NCBI GenBank assembly: GCA_001785575.1
Contig: MFUC01000009.1
Location: 1-36,657 of the forward strand
DNA: 36,657 nucleotides
DNA from: Candidatus Nomurabacteria bacterium RIFCSPHIGHO2_02_FULL_38_15
GTDB lineage: Bacteria; Patescibacteriota; Minisyncoccia; Phycocordibacterales; UBA9973
Reading direction: 5' to 3'
A model generated the notes under the pieces. It saw only the letters and a program-made list of their open reading frames with translations. It was not told the DNA's origin and made no database searches. Position 1 is the stretch's first letter; each line of letters starts with the position of its first letter. Positions 9,364-19,680 of this stretch are shown here, in pieces. Position numbers and translations under genes: made by a program.

Positions 9364-10440
9364 ACACCGTACCCTCTGGGGGTAGAGCACTGGAAGATTT
9401 TGATAGGGAGAAATCTCGCAAAATCTACCAAACTCCGAATACCAGAGACCAACTAGTGTGCAGTTAGACAGTGGGGGCTAAGCTCCACGCGTCAAAAGGG
9501 GAACAGCCCAGATCTCAGGTTAAGGTCCCTAAATCATAGTTAAGTGCATCTTAAGGAGGTAATATTTCTCTGACAATGAGGAGGTTGGCTTAGAAGCAGC
9601 CATCCTTTAAAGAAAGCGTAACAGCTCACTCATCAAGAGATTTTGCACCGAAAATAATCGGGGCTAAACTATGTACCGAAACTGAGGATTTGTCCCGCCT
9701 TTGGCGGGATGACTGGTAGGCGAGTATTCGATTCAGCTGTGAAGGTAAAGGGGTGACCCATACTGGAGCGTATCGAAGTAAGAATGTTGGCACAAGTAAC
9801 CGCAAGGAGGGTGAGACCCCCTCCCGCCGAAAGATCAAGGTTTCCTTGGCAATGTCAATCAGCCAAGGGTTAGTCGGGCCTAAGGGGATGGTGAAAACCG
9901 AACTCGATGGACACATGGTTAATATTCCATGACTTTCTATATATGTGATGAAGGGACGAAGGGTTGTACCAATCGCTTCTTATTGGATTGAAGTATATGG
10001 TATGAGGATGTTTGGTAGGCAAATCCGCCAGACACAAATCCGAGTACAGTTTAAATGCCAGGGTTCGCCTTGGTAAATGAATGGGAGCACGCTTCCGAGA
10101 AAATCTTCTAAACTTTGTATATAGAAAACCGTACCGCAAACCGACACAGGTGATCAGGTCGAGTAGACCAAGGCGAACGAGTGAGTGATCTTCAAGGAAC
10201 TCGGCAAAAAAGCAGCCGTAAGTTAGCAATAAGGCTTGCCCCTATTTATTTAGGGGCCGCAGCGAAAGTTTCTCTGGCAACTGTTTACCAAAAACACAGC
10301 TCCCTGCGAACACGTAAGTGGATGTATAGGGGGTGACGCCTGACCAATGCTAGAAGGTTAAATATCGACGTTGTCCCGATGTAAAGTCGGGTTGGTGATT
10401 GATACAAGCCCTAGTGAATGTCGGCCGTAACTATAACGGT

Positions 10441-11201
10441 TATTTTGCTACGCTTTATTGATTTTGTCAATAAAGAAACAAAATGGGCCGTTACAAAATT
10501 TGGCTATATGCTGGAACATACGCAAAACACAGTACCATACGTTGGTGAAAATCTGTGAATGATACGTACAATCAGCAGGAAAGATGTATTGAGTCATAAA
10601 ATAATATGACAAAAAATAAAAATTTATTTTGGTATGTGGCAGGTTTCATTGATGGTGAGGGAAGTTTTAATATTTCTTTTACTAAGCAAAAATATGCCCA
10701 TAATAACCAAGGTTTTAAATGGTTGATTCATGTTTGTTTCCAAACATATCAACACGAAGACCATCGAGATATTCTCGAATTGTTACAAAAACAAGTTTTT
10801 CACACAGGTAGAATTTATAGGAAATCAAGTCCGTATCATGTTTTTACGTATACGGTTGATAATCCTAGAAATTTGTGTGAAAAAATTATTCCATTCTTTA
10901 ATAAATATAAGTTAATTATTAAAGATAAAGACTTTCAACTTTTTAAAGAAGTTGTACAAATGCTTTTAGATAAAAAGCATCTAACAGAAAGTGGATTCAA
11001 AAAGATATTGGATATCGCATTTAAAATGAATGCAAACGGCAAACAAAGAAAGTATTCAAAAGAATATATTCTTGAAACCGTAAAAGAACAATTATCAAGA
11101 AAATAAACTCAATACAAATCCTCAGAGACTATACGCCAAACACGACACAATAATCGTGAAGATATAGTCCACAAGGTTTATAGAAATATAAAATTCTTAT
11201 G
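10441..11201 (+). mobile_element. Group I intron at 23S position L1923 (761 nt)
   Basis: Interrupts TAACTATAACGGT^CCTAAGGTAGCGA; exon ends in U, intron ends in G; P/Q/R/S cores tatgctggaa, aatcagcagg, ctcagagacta, aagatatagtcc. Confidence 0.93.
10606..11106 (+). CDS. Single-motif LAGLIDADG homing endonuclease (I-CeuI-site intron)
   Basis: YVAGFIDGEGSFNISF motif, IIPFFNKY motif, 166 aa, located between intron Q and R elements. Confidence 0.93.
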   Translation: MTKNKNLFWYVAGFIDGEGSFNISFTKQKYAHNNQGFKWLIHVCFQTYQHEDHRDILELLQKQVFHTGRIYRKSSPYHVFTYTVDNPRNLCEKIIPFFNKYKLIIKDKDFQLFKEVVQMLLDKKHLTESGFKKILDIAFKMNANGKQRKYSKEYILETVKEQLSRK

Positions 11202-11872
11202 CCTAAGGTAGCGAAGTACCTTGTCGGGTAAGTTCCGACGCGCACGAATGGCGTAATGACTGGAGAACTGTCTCGAAGATTAGCTCGGTGAAAATACAAT
11301 ACCGGTGAAGATGCCGGTTACCTGCAGATAGACGAAAAGACCCCGGAAGCTTTACTGCAACTTGATATTGAGCATATGTTAGTACTGCGTAGCATAGGTG
11401 GGAGAGGTTATGTGCATCCTTTTGGGGGTGTAATACTCGTCAGTGAAATACCACTCTGTATGTATGTATGTTCTAATTAAGACGGCAAAAACGTCTTGAG
11501 ACAGTATCTGGTGGGTAGTTTGACTGGGGCGGTCTCCTCCTAAAGAGTAACGGAGGAATTTATTAAGGTTAGTTAGGCGCGTATGGAAATCGTGCCGATA
11601 GTGCAAGGGCATAAACTAGCTTAACTGCAAGAGGTACATCTCGAGCAGATACGAAAGTAGAACCTAGTGAACCGACGGTTCGTGTTAGACGCGGCCGAAG
11701 ATTAATGGATAGAAGCTACTCCGGGGATAACAGGCTAGTTCCGCCTAAGCGTCCATAGCGACGGCGGAGTTCGGCACCTCGATGTCGGCTCACCTTAACC
11801 TGGGGGTGGAGAAGCTCCCAAGGGTATGGCTGTTCGCCATTTAAAAAGGTACGCGAGCTGGGTTCAAACCGT

Positions 11873-12431
11873 CCAGTACTTTAGGTTTTAGTTTCTAGTG
11901 ACTAGTTTCTAGTGAAATGCAAATTTTTCTAGAACCTAGCACCTAGTTACTAGCACCTTGAGTCTTGGACCCATTTGAATCCGAGGTAATTGCACTGTTG
12001 GAGAATTGCAATTAAAAAGACATCATCACGGCGGCTACATATAGTAATATATGTATGCACATTCAACTTATATCGGTAAAATCCTAATGCGTAAGCATGG
12101 ACAATACCGAGGGAAGATTATTTGTATTGAAAAGTGAAATCTGGAAATAACCTAAATATTTAATAGAGTGCTTCGACGCTTGTAGCCTCTGATGCAATGT
12201 TAGCCTGTACCATTAGAACACAGAGCACAAACATGGAATATCAATGGTCCAAAGAATCACTAGACAAAGGGAGGTTTAATAACAAGTGATTAAACCTCCA
12301 TACTTTGTCTTCACTTTTCAGTACAAATAATTACCCGTAGAGACTAAACGTTGAAGTCCCACTACGCTCTAATGAGCTACGCGGGATATGTTATAGTCCG
12401 ATCCCTTCAGTAATGAAGGTAAACGTAGATG
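11873..12431 (+). mobile_element. ORF-less group I intron at 23S position L2593 (559 nt)
   Basis: Interrupts GGTTCAAACCGT^CGTGAGACAG; ends in G; cores tatcggtaaa, aataccgagg, cgtagagacta, gttatagtcc. Confidence 0.9.
11883..11958. repeat. CTAG-heptamer hairpin element (copy 1, intron P1 extension)
   Basis: Four 7-mers per arm; aligns with the reverse complement of 28239-28306. Confidence 0.8.
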
Positions 12432-12834
12432 CGTGAGACAGGTTGGTCTCCTATCTACTGCAGGCGTTGACTCTTGAAAAGATTCGTCCCTAGTACGAGA
12501 GGACCGGGATGAACTGACCTCTGGTGTACCAGCTCTTTTGCCAAAAGGATCGCTGGGTAGCTAAGTCGGGAATGGATAACCTCTGAAAGCATCTAAGAGG
12601 GAAGCCAACTTTAAGATGAGGAGTCGGTATGAGGACCCTAGAAGATTACTAGGTTGATAGGCATTAGGTGTAAGCACCGCAAGGTGTTCAGCCAAGATGT
12701 ACTAATTGTCCCATTCCTATTAGGTAATGTGTAAATCATTATCATATTTTCATAATCGTATATATTTTTATAGTCTGATTCTAATGCAAGCTAGATAGAG
12801 CCTAAAGCTCTATCTACAAATAAATCGAATACTT

Positions 12835-12948
12835 TGTGTTGGTGATTCATCGTAGGGGTCACACCTCTTCCCATTCCGAACAGAGTAGTTAAGCCTTATT
12901 GAGCCGATGATACTCGTTTTACGGGGAAAGTAGGTTGTCGCCAGCACA
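12835..12948 (+). rRNA. rrf: 5S rRNA
   Basis: cacacctcttcccattccgaacagagtagttaagcc…gccgatgatact…gaaagtagg; terminal stem tgtgttgg/ccagcaca. Confidence 0.95.
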
Positions 12949-12993
12949 AAGTATTCGATTACCGTACGCATAAAAGCGTAGGGAATACAATTC

Positions 12994-13034
12994 AAAAGCC
13001 CGTTGTTTTATTACTTCGGGCTTTTGAATTGGTA
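12994..13034 (+). terminator. rRNA operon terminator; 41-bp exact direct repeat with 14009-14049
   Basis: aaaagcccg…cgggcttttgaattggta is identical in both copies. Confidence 0.8.
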
Positions 13035-13105
13035 TAATAAAGGCTTTTTCACTCATTGACAGATTATTTGCATATGATATACTATAGGGAGTATATAATA
13101 AAATT

Positions 13106-13336
13106 ATGAACGGACAAAGAACTTTATTAATGTTGTTACAAACTATTAAATCAAATGTGGGTAGTCTATCGGGCGCTGGGCGTGCTAATCAGGCCCATGA
13201 TCAGTTTATTGCGCGAGCTCAGGAAATTACTACCTCAAAAGAGGAAAAGAAGGAGGCGTTGGTATTTCTAAGAGAACAAAACGATCTTGAATATCCAGGT
13301 ATTGGTATTGATTCTCTTATATGCTTGCTTGAGTAA
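13106..13336 (+). CDS. Small hypothetical protein
   Basis: 76-aa ORF with its own promoter (TTGACA-N16-TATACT, 13056-13083) and terminator (13355-13379). Confidence 0.65.
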   Translation: MNGQRTLLMLLQTIKSNVGSLSGAGRANQAHDQFIARAQEITTSKEEKKEALVFLREQNDLEYPGIGIDSLICLLE

Positions 13337-13395
13337 GAAAATAGTTTTGTTTAGAAGCTGGTCATGCGCCAGCTTTTTTAATAAAAATTTTTAGA

Positions 13396-13433
13396 TTTTA
13401 TGTTATAATTTAGTCATATGACATGGGCGGGGA
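13396..13433 (+). repeat. 38-bp exact direct repeat of the promoter and first codons of the gene at 14154
   Basis: ttttatgttataatttagtcatATGACATGGGCGGGGA equals 14132-14169. Confidence 0.9.
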
Positions 13434-13469
13434 TTGTTTCCACATGACTTTTATGATATATTTCTATAT

Positions 13470-13772
13470 ATGGATACTCCAATAAAGGGTAAATTTAGGC
13501 ACATTGTTTTTAAAGATGGCAACACTTGGTATGCTGTGGCTCTTGAGTTTAATATTGTTGAATCAAGTGATGATCCAAAGCTTGCATTTTTTAATTTAAT
13601 CCAAGCAGTTAGTGGCTATGTGCAATCGGCTAAAAAAATAAAAGGTTCTCGCTATCAATCTTTAAATCAAATATCTGATCCTGAATACGAAAAGTTGTGG
13701 TCGATTCTTCACTCAACCAAGCCCGTCAAGTCTCCATATGCTATAGACATGTACGGGTTCTCTAGAGTTTAA
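13470..13772 (+). CDS. HicB-like antitoxin
   Basis: IVFKDGNTWYAVALEFNIVES…AFFNL partial RNase H fold; TAATG-coupled to a HicA-like gene; ATG 13470 preferred over TTG 13434. Confidence 0.7.
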   Translation: MDTPIKGKFRHIVFKDGNTWYAVALEFNIVESSDDPKLAFFNLIQAVSGYVQSAKKIKGSRYQSLNQISDPEYEKLWSILHSTKPVKSPYAIDMYGFSRV

Positions 13773-14005
13773 TGCCTAAAAGATTCTTCAATTGGGCGTT
13801 TAGAGATGTAGAATCCTTTTTGAAAAAGAAAGGTTTTAAATTAAATTATACAAATGCAAGTCACTTTTACTATATTGGTTTTTATAATAAATTAGTTCGT
13901 AATGTTTGCGTACCCTTTCATGGCAGTAAGATAATTAAACCCAGAACTTTAAAAGGTATTATTTTACAATCAGGCATAGACCAAAAAGAGTGGTTTGAAA
14001 AATAG
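13772..14005 (+). CDS. hicA: HicA-family mRNA interferase toxin
   Basis: FLKKKGF…ASH…VPFH…TLKGIILQSGI. Confidence 0.85.
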   Translation: MPKRFFNWAFRDVESFLKKKGFKLNYTNASHFYYIGFYNKLVRNVCVPFHGSKIIKPRTLKGIILQSGIDQKEWFEK

Positions 14006-14059
14006 CAGAAAAGCCCGTTGTTTTATTACTTCGGGCTTTTGAATTGGTAAATGTTTTTA

Positions 14060-14080
14060 TACGGAGGTCTTGCCTCCGTA
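14060..14080. repeat. REP-like palindrome family 1
   Basis: tacggagg-tcttg-cctccgta, the same sequence that flanks the RAYT gene. Confidence 0.85.
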
Positions 14081-14153
14081 CTTCAAAAAATGCGTGACCT
14101 TTTAAACGCTACATATTACAGATGGCGGTTTTTTTATGTTATAATTTAGTCAT

Positions 14154-14945
14154 ATGACATGGGCGGGGAGGAGGAAAATGATAATTGGTTTGTTGCTAAT
14201 TTTTTTAGTGGTTTTACCATTGGTATATTTTGCTTTTACAAAAATTAAGCCTATGCCTAATTGTTTTGACCGCCGTAAAAATGGTAACGAGGTGGGGATT
14301 GATTGTGGCGGGGCGTGTGTTTTGCAATGCCCATATACTAAAAAGGACGTGGTTGTAATTTTTGCCCGCGCCCAAAAGGTAGCCGACGGTTTGTACAATG
14401 CTATTGCCTTGGTTGAAAATAAAAATACCGATGCTTTTGCCCAAAGTGTTAGTTATACTTTTAAACTTTATGACGAACATAATATACCAGTGGCCATCAG
14501 GAACGGCCAAACATACATTAACCCCAACACCAGGCAAGTAATTTTTAAAGGGGGTATTAATGTGGGCAAGCATGAGGTGGGCCGAGTCGTGGTTGAATTT
14601 ACTAAACCCATTACCTGGTTTAGTACCAGCTTGGGTTCATATGTTTTGCCACTGGCTGTTAGCGAGTCAAATTACCGAGTTATTAATGACAAGCCAATGT
14701 TAAATTACACACTTGAAAATACAGGCTATGATACAATCCCGGCTGGCAATTCAGTGGTGGTTGTGTATGATAGTGAAAATAATGCCACCGCATTTTCAAG
14801 CACAATTATGGACAGTTTAAAACCATTTGAAAAACAAATTGTAGTATTTTCATGGCCAAGTATTTTTAAAAACGGCCCGTTTCGTTTTGAGCTGTATAAT
14901 CAGGTTAATTTGGCCGAATTCAAGAATAAGCAGTTTAAAAAATGA
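14154..14945 (+). CDS. Conserved membrane-anchored hypothetical protein with a Cys-rich motif
   Basis: N-terminal TM helix; CFD…NGNEVGIDCGGAC…C motif; ATGA overlap with rodA. Confidence 0.75.
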   Translation: MTWAGRRKMIIGLLLIFLVVLPLVYFAFTKIKPMPNCFDRRKNGNEVGIDCGGACVLQCPYTKKDVVVIFARAQKVADGLYNAIALVENKNTDAFAQSVSYTFKLYDEHNIPVAIRNGQTYINPNTRQVIFKGGINVGKHEVGRVVVEFTKPITWFSTSLGSYVLPLAVSESNYRVINDKPMLNYTLENTGYDTIPAGNSVVVVYDSENNATAFSSTIMDSLKPFEKQIVVFSWPSIFKNGPFRFELYNQVNLAEFKNKQFKK

Positions 14946-16072
14946 TCAAAAAGTTTTTCACAGATTTTTTTACTGACTGGGGTATTATTTTAGCCATATT
15001 ACCAATTTTTGGGGCCGGGCTTTTATCAATGCGTTCACTAACTGGTGAGAATAATTTTTTTGAAAAACAGGTTGTTTGGATCTTACTGTCACTGATTGTA
15101 TTTTTTATAGCCTCAAAAATAGATTTTCGTTTTTTTAAACACTCAAAGATTTTAGTTAAAATTTACTTGGCTGTTTGTGCCATTTTAGTTTTCTTATTTA
15201 TTGCTGGCTCAACTGTAAAGGGCTCGCAGAGTTGGTTTCAGTTAGCAGGGCTGTCGTTTCAACCAGCTGATTTTGTCAAAGTAGTCCTAATCTTAATGTT
15301 GGCCAAATATTTTTCGCGCCGGCATGTGGCCATTGGCGAGTGGCGACATGTTGTTATATCAGCCTTGTATATGTTCGTGCCACTTGTTTTAATACTACTA
15401 CAACCAGACTTTGGTTCAGCCATGGTTATATTTTTTATTTGGTTTGGGATGGTTTTGTTTTCGGGCTTGGGTCGCCGGCACATTTTAATTTTAACATCAA
15501 TCGGCCTGGCCATACTTTTAGTTTTTTGGCTTTTTGTTTTCAAGCCGTATCAAAAAGATCGGATTATTGATTTCGTAAATCCAGCCTCTGATATTCGGGG
15601 CTCTGGTTATAATGTTTTTCAATCAATTGTGGCAGTCGGCTCGGGCCAATTGTTTGGTAAGGGTATTGGTTATGGCACTCAAGCACGGTTGCAGTATTTG
15701 CCCGAGCACGAGACTGATTTTATTTTTGCCGCCTTTGCTGAAGAATGGGGATTGGTGGGGTCTTTGTTACTTTTAGGTTTATATGCATTTTTGTTCTATC
15801 GAATTATTTATATTGCTGAAATTGGCTCAAGCAATTTTGAGTCACTTTATGGTATCGGTGTGGCTGTGTATTTTATGAGCCACTTGATAGTTAATATTGG
15901 TATGAACATTGGTTTGATGCCAGTTACCGGCATACCCCTTCCGTTTATGAGTTATGGCGGTTCACATATTTTGGCCGAAATGTTTGCTTTAGGTTTATTA
16001 GTGTCAACTAAAAAATATGCGCGTGTCACGCACCGTGAAAGGTCGTATAATGAATTTATTGGCGACATGTAA
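14942..16072 (+). CDS. rodA: SEDS-family peptidoglycan polymerase RodA
   Basis: SFQPADFVK, LQPDFGSA, LPEHETDFIF, PVTGIPLPFMSYGGS. Confidence 0.9.
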   Translation: MIKKFFTDFFTDWGIILAILPIFGAGLLSMRSLTGENNFFEKQVVWILLSLIVFFIASKIDFRFFKHSKILVKIYLAVCAILVFLFIAGSTVKGSQSWFQLAGLSFQPADFVKVVLILMLAKYFSRRHVAIGEWRHVVISALYMFVPLVLILLQPDFGSAMVIFFIWFGMVLFSGLGRRHILILTSIGLAILLVFWLFVFKPYQKDRIIDFVNPASDIRGSGYNVFQSIVAVGSGQLFGKGIGYGTQARLQYLPEHETDFIFAAFAEEWGLVGSLLLLGLYAFLFYRIIYIAEIGSSNFESLYGIGVAVYFMSHLIVNIGMNIGLMPVTGIPLPFMSYGGSHILAEMFALGLLVSTKKYARVTHRERSYNEFIGDM

Positions 16073-16086
16073 GACCCCACTATATT

Positions 16087-16668
16087 ATGAACGAAAAAAT
16101 TTTCCACTATTTAAATAGTTTCTTGGGTCAGGCAAGCTTGTTTGATAAATTAGTTTTCTTTTTGTCAGATAATTTTGGTTACTTTTTAATTTTTTTCTCT
16201 TTCTTGTTTTTATTACTAAATAATAATTCAAAAAAATTTTATGCCACTCAAAACTTACGCACCAGACAAAAAATAAAAGAACTAGTTATTTTATTGGGTA
16301 GCACGGCAGTGGCCTGGCTATTTGTTCTAGTTGTTAAAAATATTTTTGTAAATCCAAGACCTTTTTTAGTTTATCCTGAAATTCAAACTTTATTTATTTA
16401 TGGTAGTGACGACTCATTTCCATCCGGTCACGCTACCTTTTATGGCGCACTGGCTGTTTCAATTTTTGCTTATCATCGTCGGGCTGGGATTGTTTTTGCC
16501 ATCGGGGCAGTTTTAATTGGCTTGGCACGCATTATTGCCGGAGTTCATTTTCCATTGGATGTATTGATGGGTTTTATTTTTGGTGGATCAGTCAGTGTTT
16601 TGGTTTATTACACCATTCGCAAGTTATCTGTAAAATACAAGAAGTATATTGATTTTTGGCTAAATTAA
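16087..16668 (+). CDS. PAP2-family phosphatase (undecaprenyl-diphosphatase-like)
   Basis: K…PRP, SFPSGH, ARIIAGVHFPLD motifs. Confidence 0.9.
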   Translation: MNEKIFHYLNSFLGQASLFDKLVFFLSDNFGYFLIFFSFLFLLLNNNSKKFYATQNLRTRQKIKELVILLGSTAVAWLFVLVVKNIFVNPRPFLVYPEIQTLFIYGSDDSFPSGHATFYGALAVSIFAYHRRAGIVFAIGAVLIGLARIIAGVHFPLDVLMGFIFGGSVSVLVYYTIRKLSVKYKKYIDFWLN

Positions 16669-16684
16669 GTGTAAAGTAGACTGT

Positions 16685-18037
16685 ATGAAATATCGAATTA
16701 TTGCAATTGTAATTTTACTTTTAGGGGGAACTTTAGGTTATTTTGTTTACCAATCCCAGGTTGACCACCAAGCTGGCGCCCAAAGCAGGTTTGCTAAATA
16801 CCCATTTAAATTAGGTTTAGACTTAAAAGGCGGCTCACACTTGGTTTATCGGGCTGATACAAAAAATTTAGTAAGTAATCAAATCGATCCAGCCATGTCG
16901 GCCTTACGTGAAGTTATTGAAAATCGCATTAATGCAATTGGTGTGGCCGAGCCGGCTATTACAACTCAAAAGGTTCGTATTGGCGAGAATGTTGAAAATC
17001 GTTTAATTGTTGACTTACCCGGCGTTACTGACGTTAAGCAAGCAATTGCTCAAATTGGTGAAACGCCAACCCTTGATTTTCGCGTAGAGGATCCAAATTA
17101 TGATCCAAATAATTTAGTAGGCACGGTTGTTGATGGCGAAGTTAAACTTGAAATGCCTGATCAATTTATTAAAACGCAATTGACTGGTGCATATTTAAAA
17201 TCAGCTAGGGCCGAGTTTGATCAACAAACTGGCGAGCCGTATGTTGCAATAACTTTTAACAAAGAGGGTGCCGATTTGTTTGAAAAGATAACTGGTGAAA
17301 ATGTAGGCAAAAGATTAGCTATTTATTTAGATGGTGTACCACTTTCAATCCCTACTGTTAATGAAAAAATCACTGGCGGGCAAGCTGTTATTAATGGTCA
17401 ATTTACGCCCAAGCAGGCCAAAGATTTAGCCGAGCGTTTAAACTTTGGGGCTTTGCCAGTTAACGTTGAATTAATTTCAACCCAAACTATTGGAGCATCA
17501 CTTGGCGAGGCTGCTGTTACTGATGGTGTTAAAGCCGCAATCATTGGCTTTTTGCTTGTAGCAATATTTTTAATATTTTGGTACAGGCTACCTGGCTTAA
17601 TTTCAATAATTTCGCTGTCTATTTATGCTCTGATAGTTATGAGTATATTTAAACTCATTCCGGTTACTTTAACTGCCGCTGGTATTGCCGGGTTCATTAT
17701 TTCGATTGGTACGGCCGTTGACGCTAATATTTTGATTTTTGAAAGAATGAAAGAGGAATTACGTGGCGGTAAGGAAATACCTGAAGCAATTCAGGCTGGC
17801 TTTGGTCGCGCCTGGACATCAATTCGCGATGCTAACATTGCCAGTATTTTAGTTGGTATTGTGCTTATGTCTACAGGTATACCAATTGTGCGAGGCTTTG
17901 CGGTAACACTAATTATCGGTATGTTAATTAGTCTATTTTCAGCTATGACGGTTTCAAGATTAATGATGTATGCGCTAAGGTTTAAAAAATCAGGCAGGAT
18001 CGTACGATTTATGTTTAATTCTGGATTTAGCAAATAA
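16685..18037 (+). CDS. secD: Protein translocase subunit SecD
   Basis: LGLDLKGG, AVDANILIFERMKEE. Confidence 0.96.
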   Translation: MKYRIIAIVILLLGGTLGYFVYQSQVDHQAGAQSRFAKYPFKLGLDLKGGSHLVYRADTKNLVSNQIDPAMSALREVIENRINAIGVAEPAITTQKVRIGENVENRLIVDLPGVTDVKQAIAQIGETPTLDFRVEDPNYDPNNLVGTVVDGEVKLEMPDQFIKTQLTGAYLKSARAEFDQQTGEPYVAITFNKEGADLFEKITGENVGKRLAIYLDGVPLSIPTVNEKITGGQAVINGQFTPKQAKDLAERLNFGALPVNVELISTQTIGASLGEAAVTDGVKAAIIGFLLVAIFLIFWYRLPGLISIISLSIYALIVMSIFKLIPVTLTAAGIAGFIISIGTAVDANILIFERMKEELRGGKEIPEAIQAGFGRAWTSIRDANIASILVGIVLMSTGIPIVRGFAVTLIIGMLISLFSAMTVSRLMMYALRFKKSGRIVRFMFNSGFSK

Positions 18038-18050
18038 AAATAAAAATACT

Positions 18051-18944
18051 ATGTTTATTATAAAATATAAAAAAATATTTCTTTCAGTCTCATTGGCTTT
18101 AGTTTTACTTTCTATTTCTTCATTATTTGTTTACAAATTGCCACTGGGTATTGATTTCAAGGGCGGGGCTTTGACTGAAATAACTTACACTGATGTTCGA
18201 CCAAATGTTGAAGTTATCAACCAGGCTTTATCTAACAATCAATCATTAGGCACAGTTTTGGTTCAACCCGAGGGTGATAAAAACATTATTGTGCGTACCA
18301 AAGACTTAAACGAATCCGAAAGGCAGGTTTTAATTAGTGCCCTAAACTCAACAGGGACTTTTACAATCAATAACTATACATCAATTGGGCCATCAGTAGG
18401 CAAGGAATTGAAAAATAAAATGATTTTGGCAATAATCTTTGTCTCTATAATTATTATATTATTTATTGCCTATGCTTTTCGTAATGTCTCACGCCCAGTT
18501 AAATCATGGAAGTATGGCGTTATTGCCGTTATTACATTGTTGCACGACATTATCATACCAGTTGGTGTGTTTGCTATATTGTCACGTATTTATCATGCCG
18601 AGGTAGACACTTTGTTTGTTGTAGCTTTGCTAACCGTTATTGGTTTATCAGTTTCTGATACAATAGTTGTGTTTGACCGTATTCGCGAGAACTTGAAAAA
18701 TAAAAGATATGTTACTTTTGCTGAAACAGTTGGTAATTCATTGGAACAAGTTTACACACGTTCAATTAATACCTCAATGACAGTTATCATTGTCCTGGTT
18801 GCGTTGTCAATTTTTGGCCCATCAACAACCAAGGTTTTTGCCTTGATGATGACCGCCGGTATGTTTTTTGGTACGTACTCATCAATCTTCCTAGCCAGCC
18901 CAATGTTGGTTTTAGCTGAAGAGTTGCAAAACCGCAAAAAATAA
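18051..18944 (+). CDS. secF: Protein translocase subunit SecF
   Basis: LGIDFKGG, DTIVVFDRIREN, RSINTS, GTYSSIF. Confidence 0.96.
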   Translation: MFIIKYKKIFLSVSLALVLLSISSLFVYKLPLGIDFKGGALTEITYTDVRPNVEVINQALSNNQSLGTVLVQPEGDKNIIVRTKDLNESERQVLISALNSTGTFTINNYTSIGPSVGKELKNKMILAIIFVSIIIILFIAYAFRNVSRPVKSWKYGVIAVITLLHDIIIPVGVFAILSRIYHAEVDTLFVVALLTVIGLSVSDTIVVFDRIRENLKNKRYVTFAETVGNSLEQVYTRSINTSMTVIIVLVALSIFGPSTTKVFALMMTAGMFFGTYSSIFLASPMLVLAEELQNRKK

Positions 18945-18945
18945 A

Positions 18946-19001
18946 GACCCCCTCCGCCTTTCGGCACCTCCCCCTTACTAAGGGGGAGGTTGGGTAGGGG
19001 T
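18946..19001. repeat. C/G-tract palindromic repeat family B between convergent genes
   Basis: accccctcc…cctcccccttactaagggggaggttgggtaggggt. Confidence 0.75.
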
Positions 19002-19010
19002 ATTTTGTGG

Positions 19011-19604
19011 CTAATCTTTTATCTTTTCTAAAGCCAAAGGGATTTTTTGAAAGTCTTCAAGGAGTGTTTCGCGCAAGGCGCCATTGTACATAGCGGCGGC
19101 GGGGTGGTACAGGGCGAAAAAGTATTTAGTAGGGAAGTTAGGAATTTCTTTGATTAATAACTTACCATGCACTTCGCCAATTTTAGCTTCAGGGAAGAAG
19201 TTTGACATGGCGTGGCGCCCCAAGAAAATAATTAATTTAGGCTGTATAAAATTAAGCTCAGCCAATAGCCATTCCCGACAGGCGATTTTTTCATAATCAT
19301 CAGGGTCGCGATTCTCGGGTGGGCGGTATTTTACTGTATTAGTTACGTATACATCATCACGCGTCAGTTTTATACTTTCAAGCATGGTGTTTAAAAACTG
19401 TCCGGCTCGGCCAATAAATGGTATACCTTGCAAGTCCTCGTCTTTGCCGGGGGCCTCGCCAATAAAGACAATCTCAGCCTTTGGATTACCATGGCCAAAA
19501 ACTGGCTGGGTGGCTGTAGCCTTTAATTCACACCGGCAAGCCTCATGCTGGGCCTTTTGAAGCTCTAAAAGCTGTGCTTTATGATTCTTTAGCTCCTCGT
19601 TCAT
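19011..19604 (-). CDS. Uracil-DNA glycosylase, family 4
   Basis: IGEAPG…ED…PFIGRAG, RPPENRDP, YHPAA. Confidence 0.92.
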   Translation of the reverse strand: MNEELKNHKAQLLELQKAQHEACRCELKATATQPVFGHGNPKAEIVFIGEAPGKDEDLQGIPFIGRAGQFLNTMLESIKLTRDDVYVTNTVKYRPPENRDPDDYEKIACREWLLAELNFIQPKLIIFLGRHAMSNFFPEAKIGEVHGKLLIKEIPNFPTKYFFALYHPAAAMYNGALRETLLEDFQKIPLALEKIKD

Positions 19605-19680
19605 AGCCTAATTATATGCCCCAAATCAGGCTGTTTTGCTATTGACTTTTATATCTAATAGTGCTATACTACAAAAAGAT

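Noticed and set aside
14942..14945. Alternative genetic code (TGA recoded as Gly)
   Set aside because: Conserved genes are full length under code 11, and TGA acts as a stop in the ATGA overlap with rodA.
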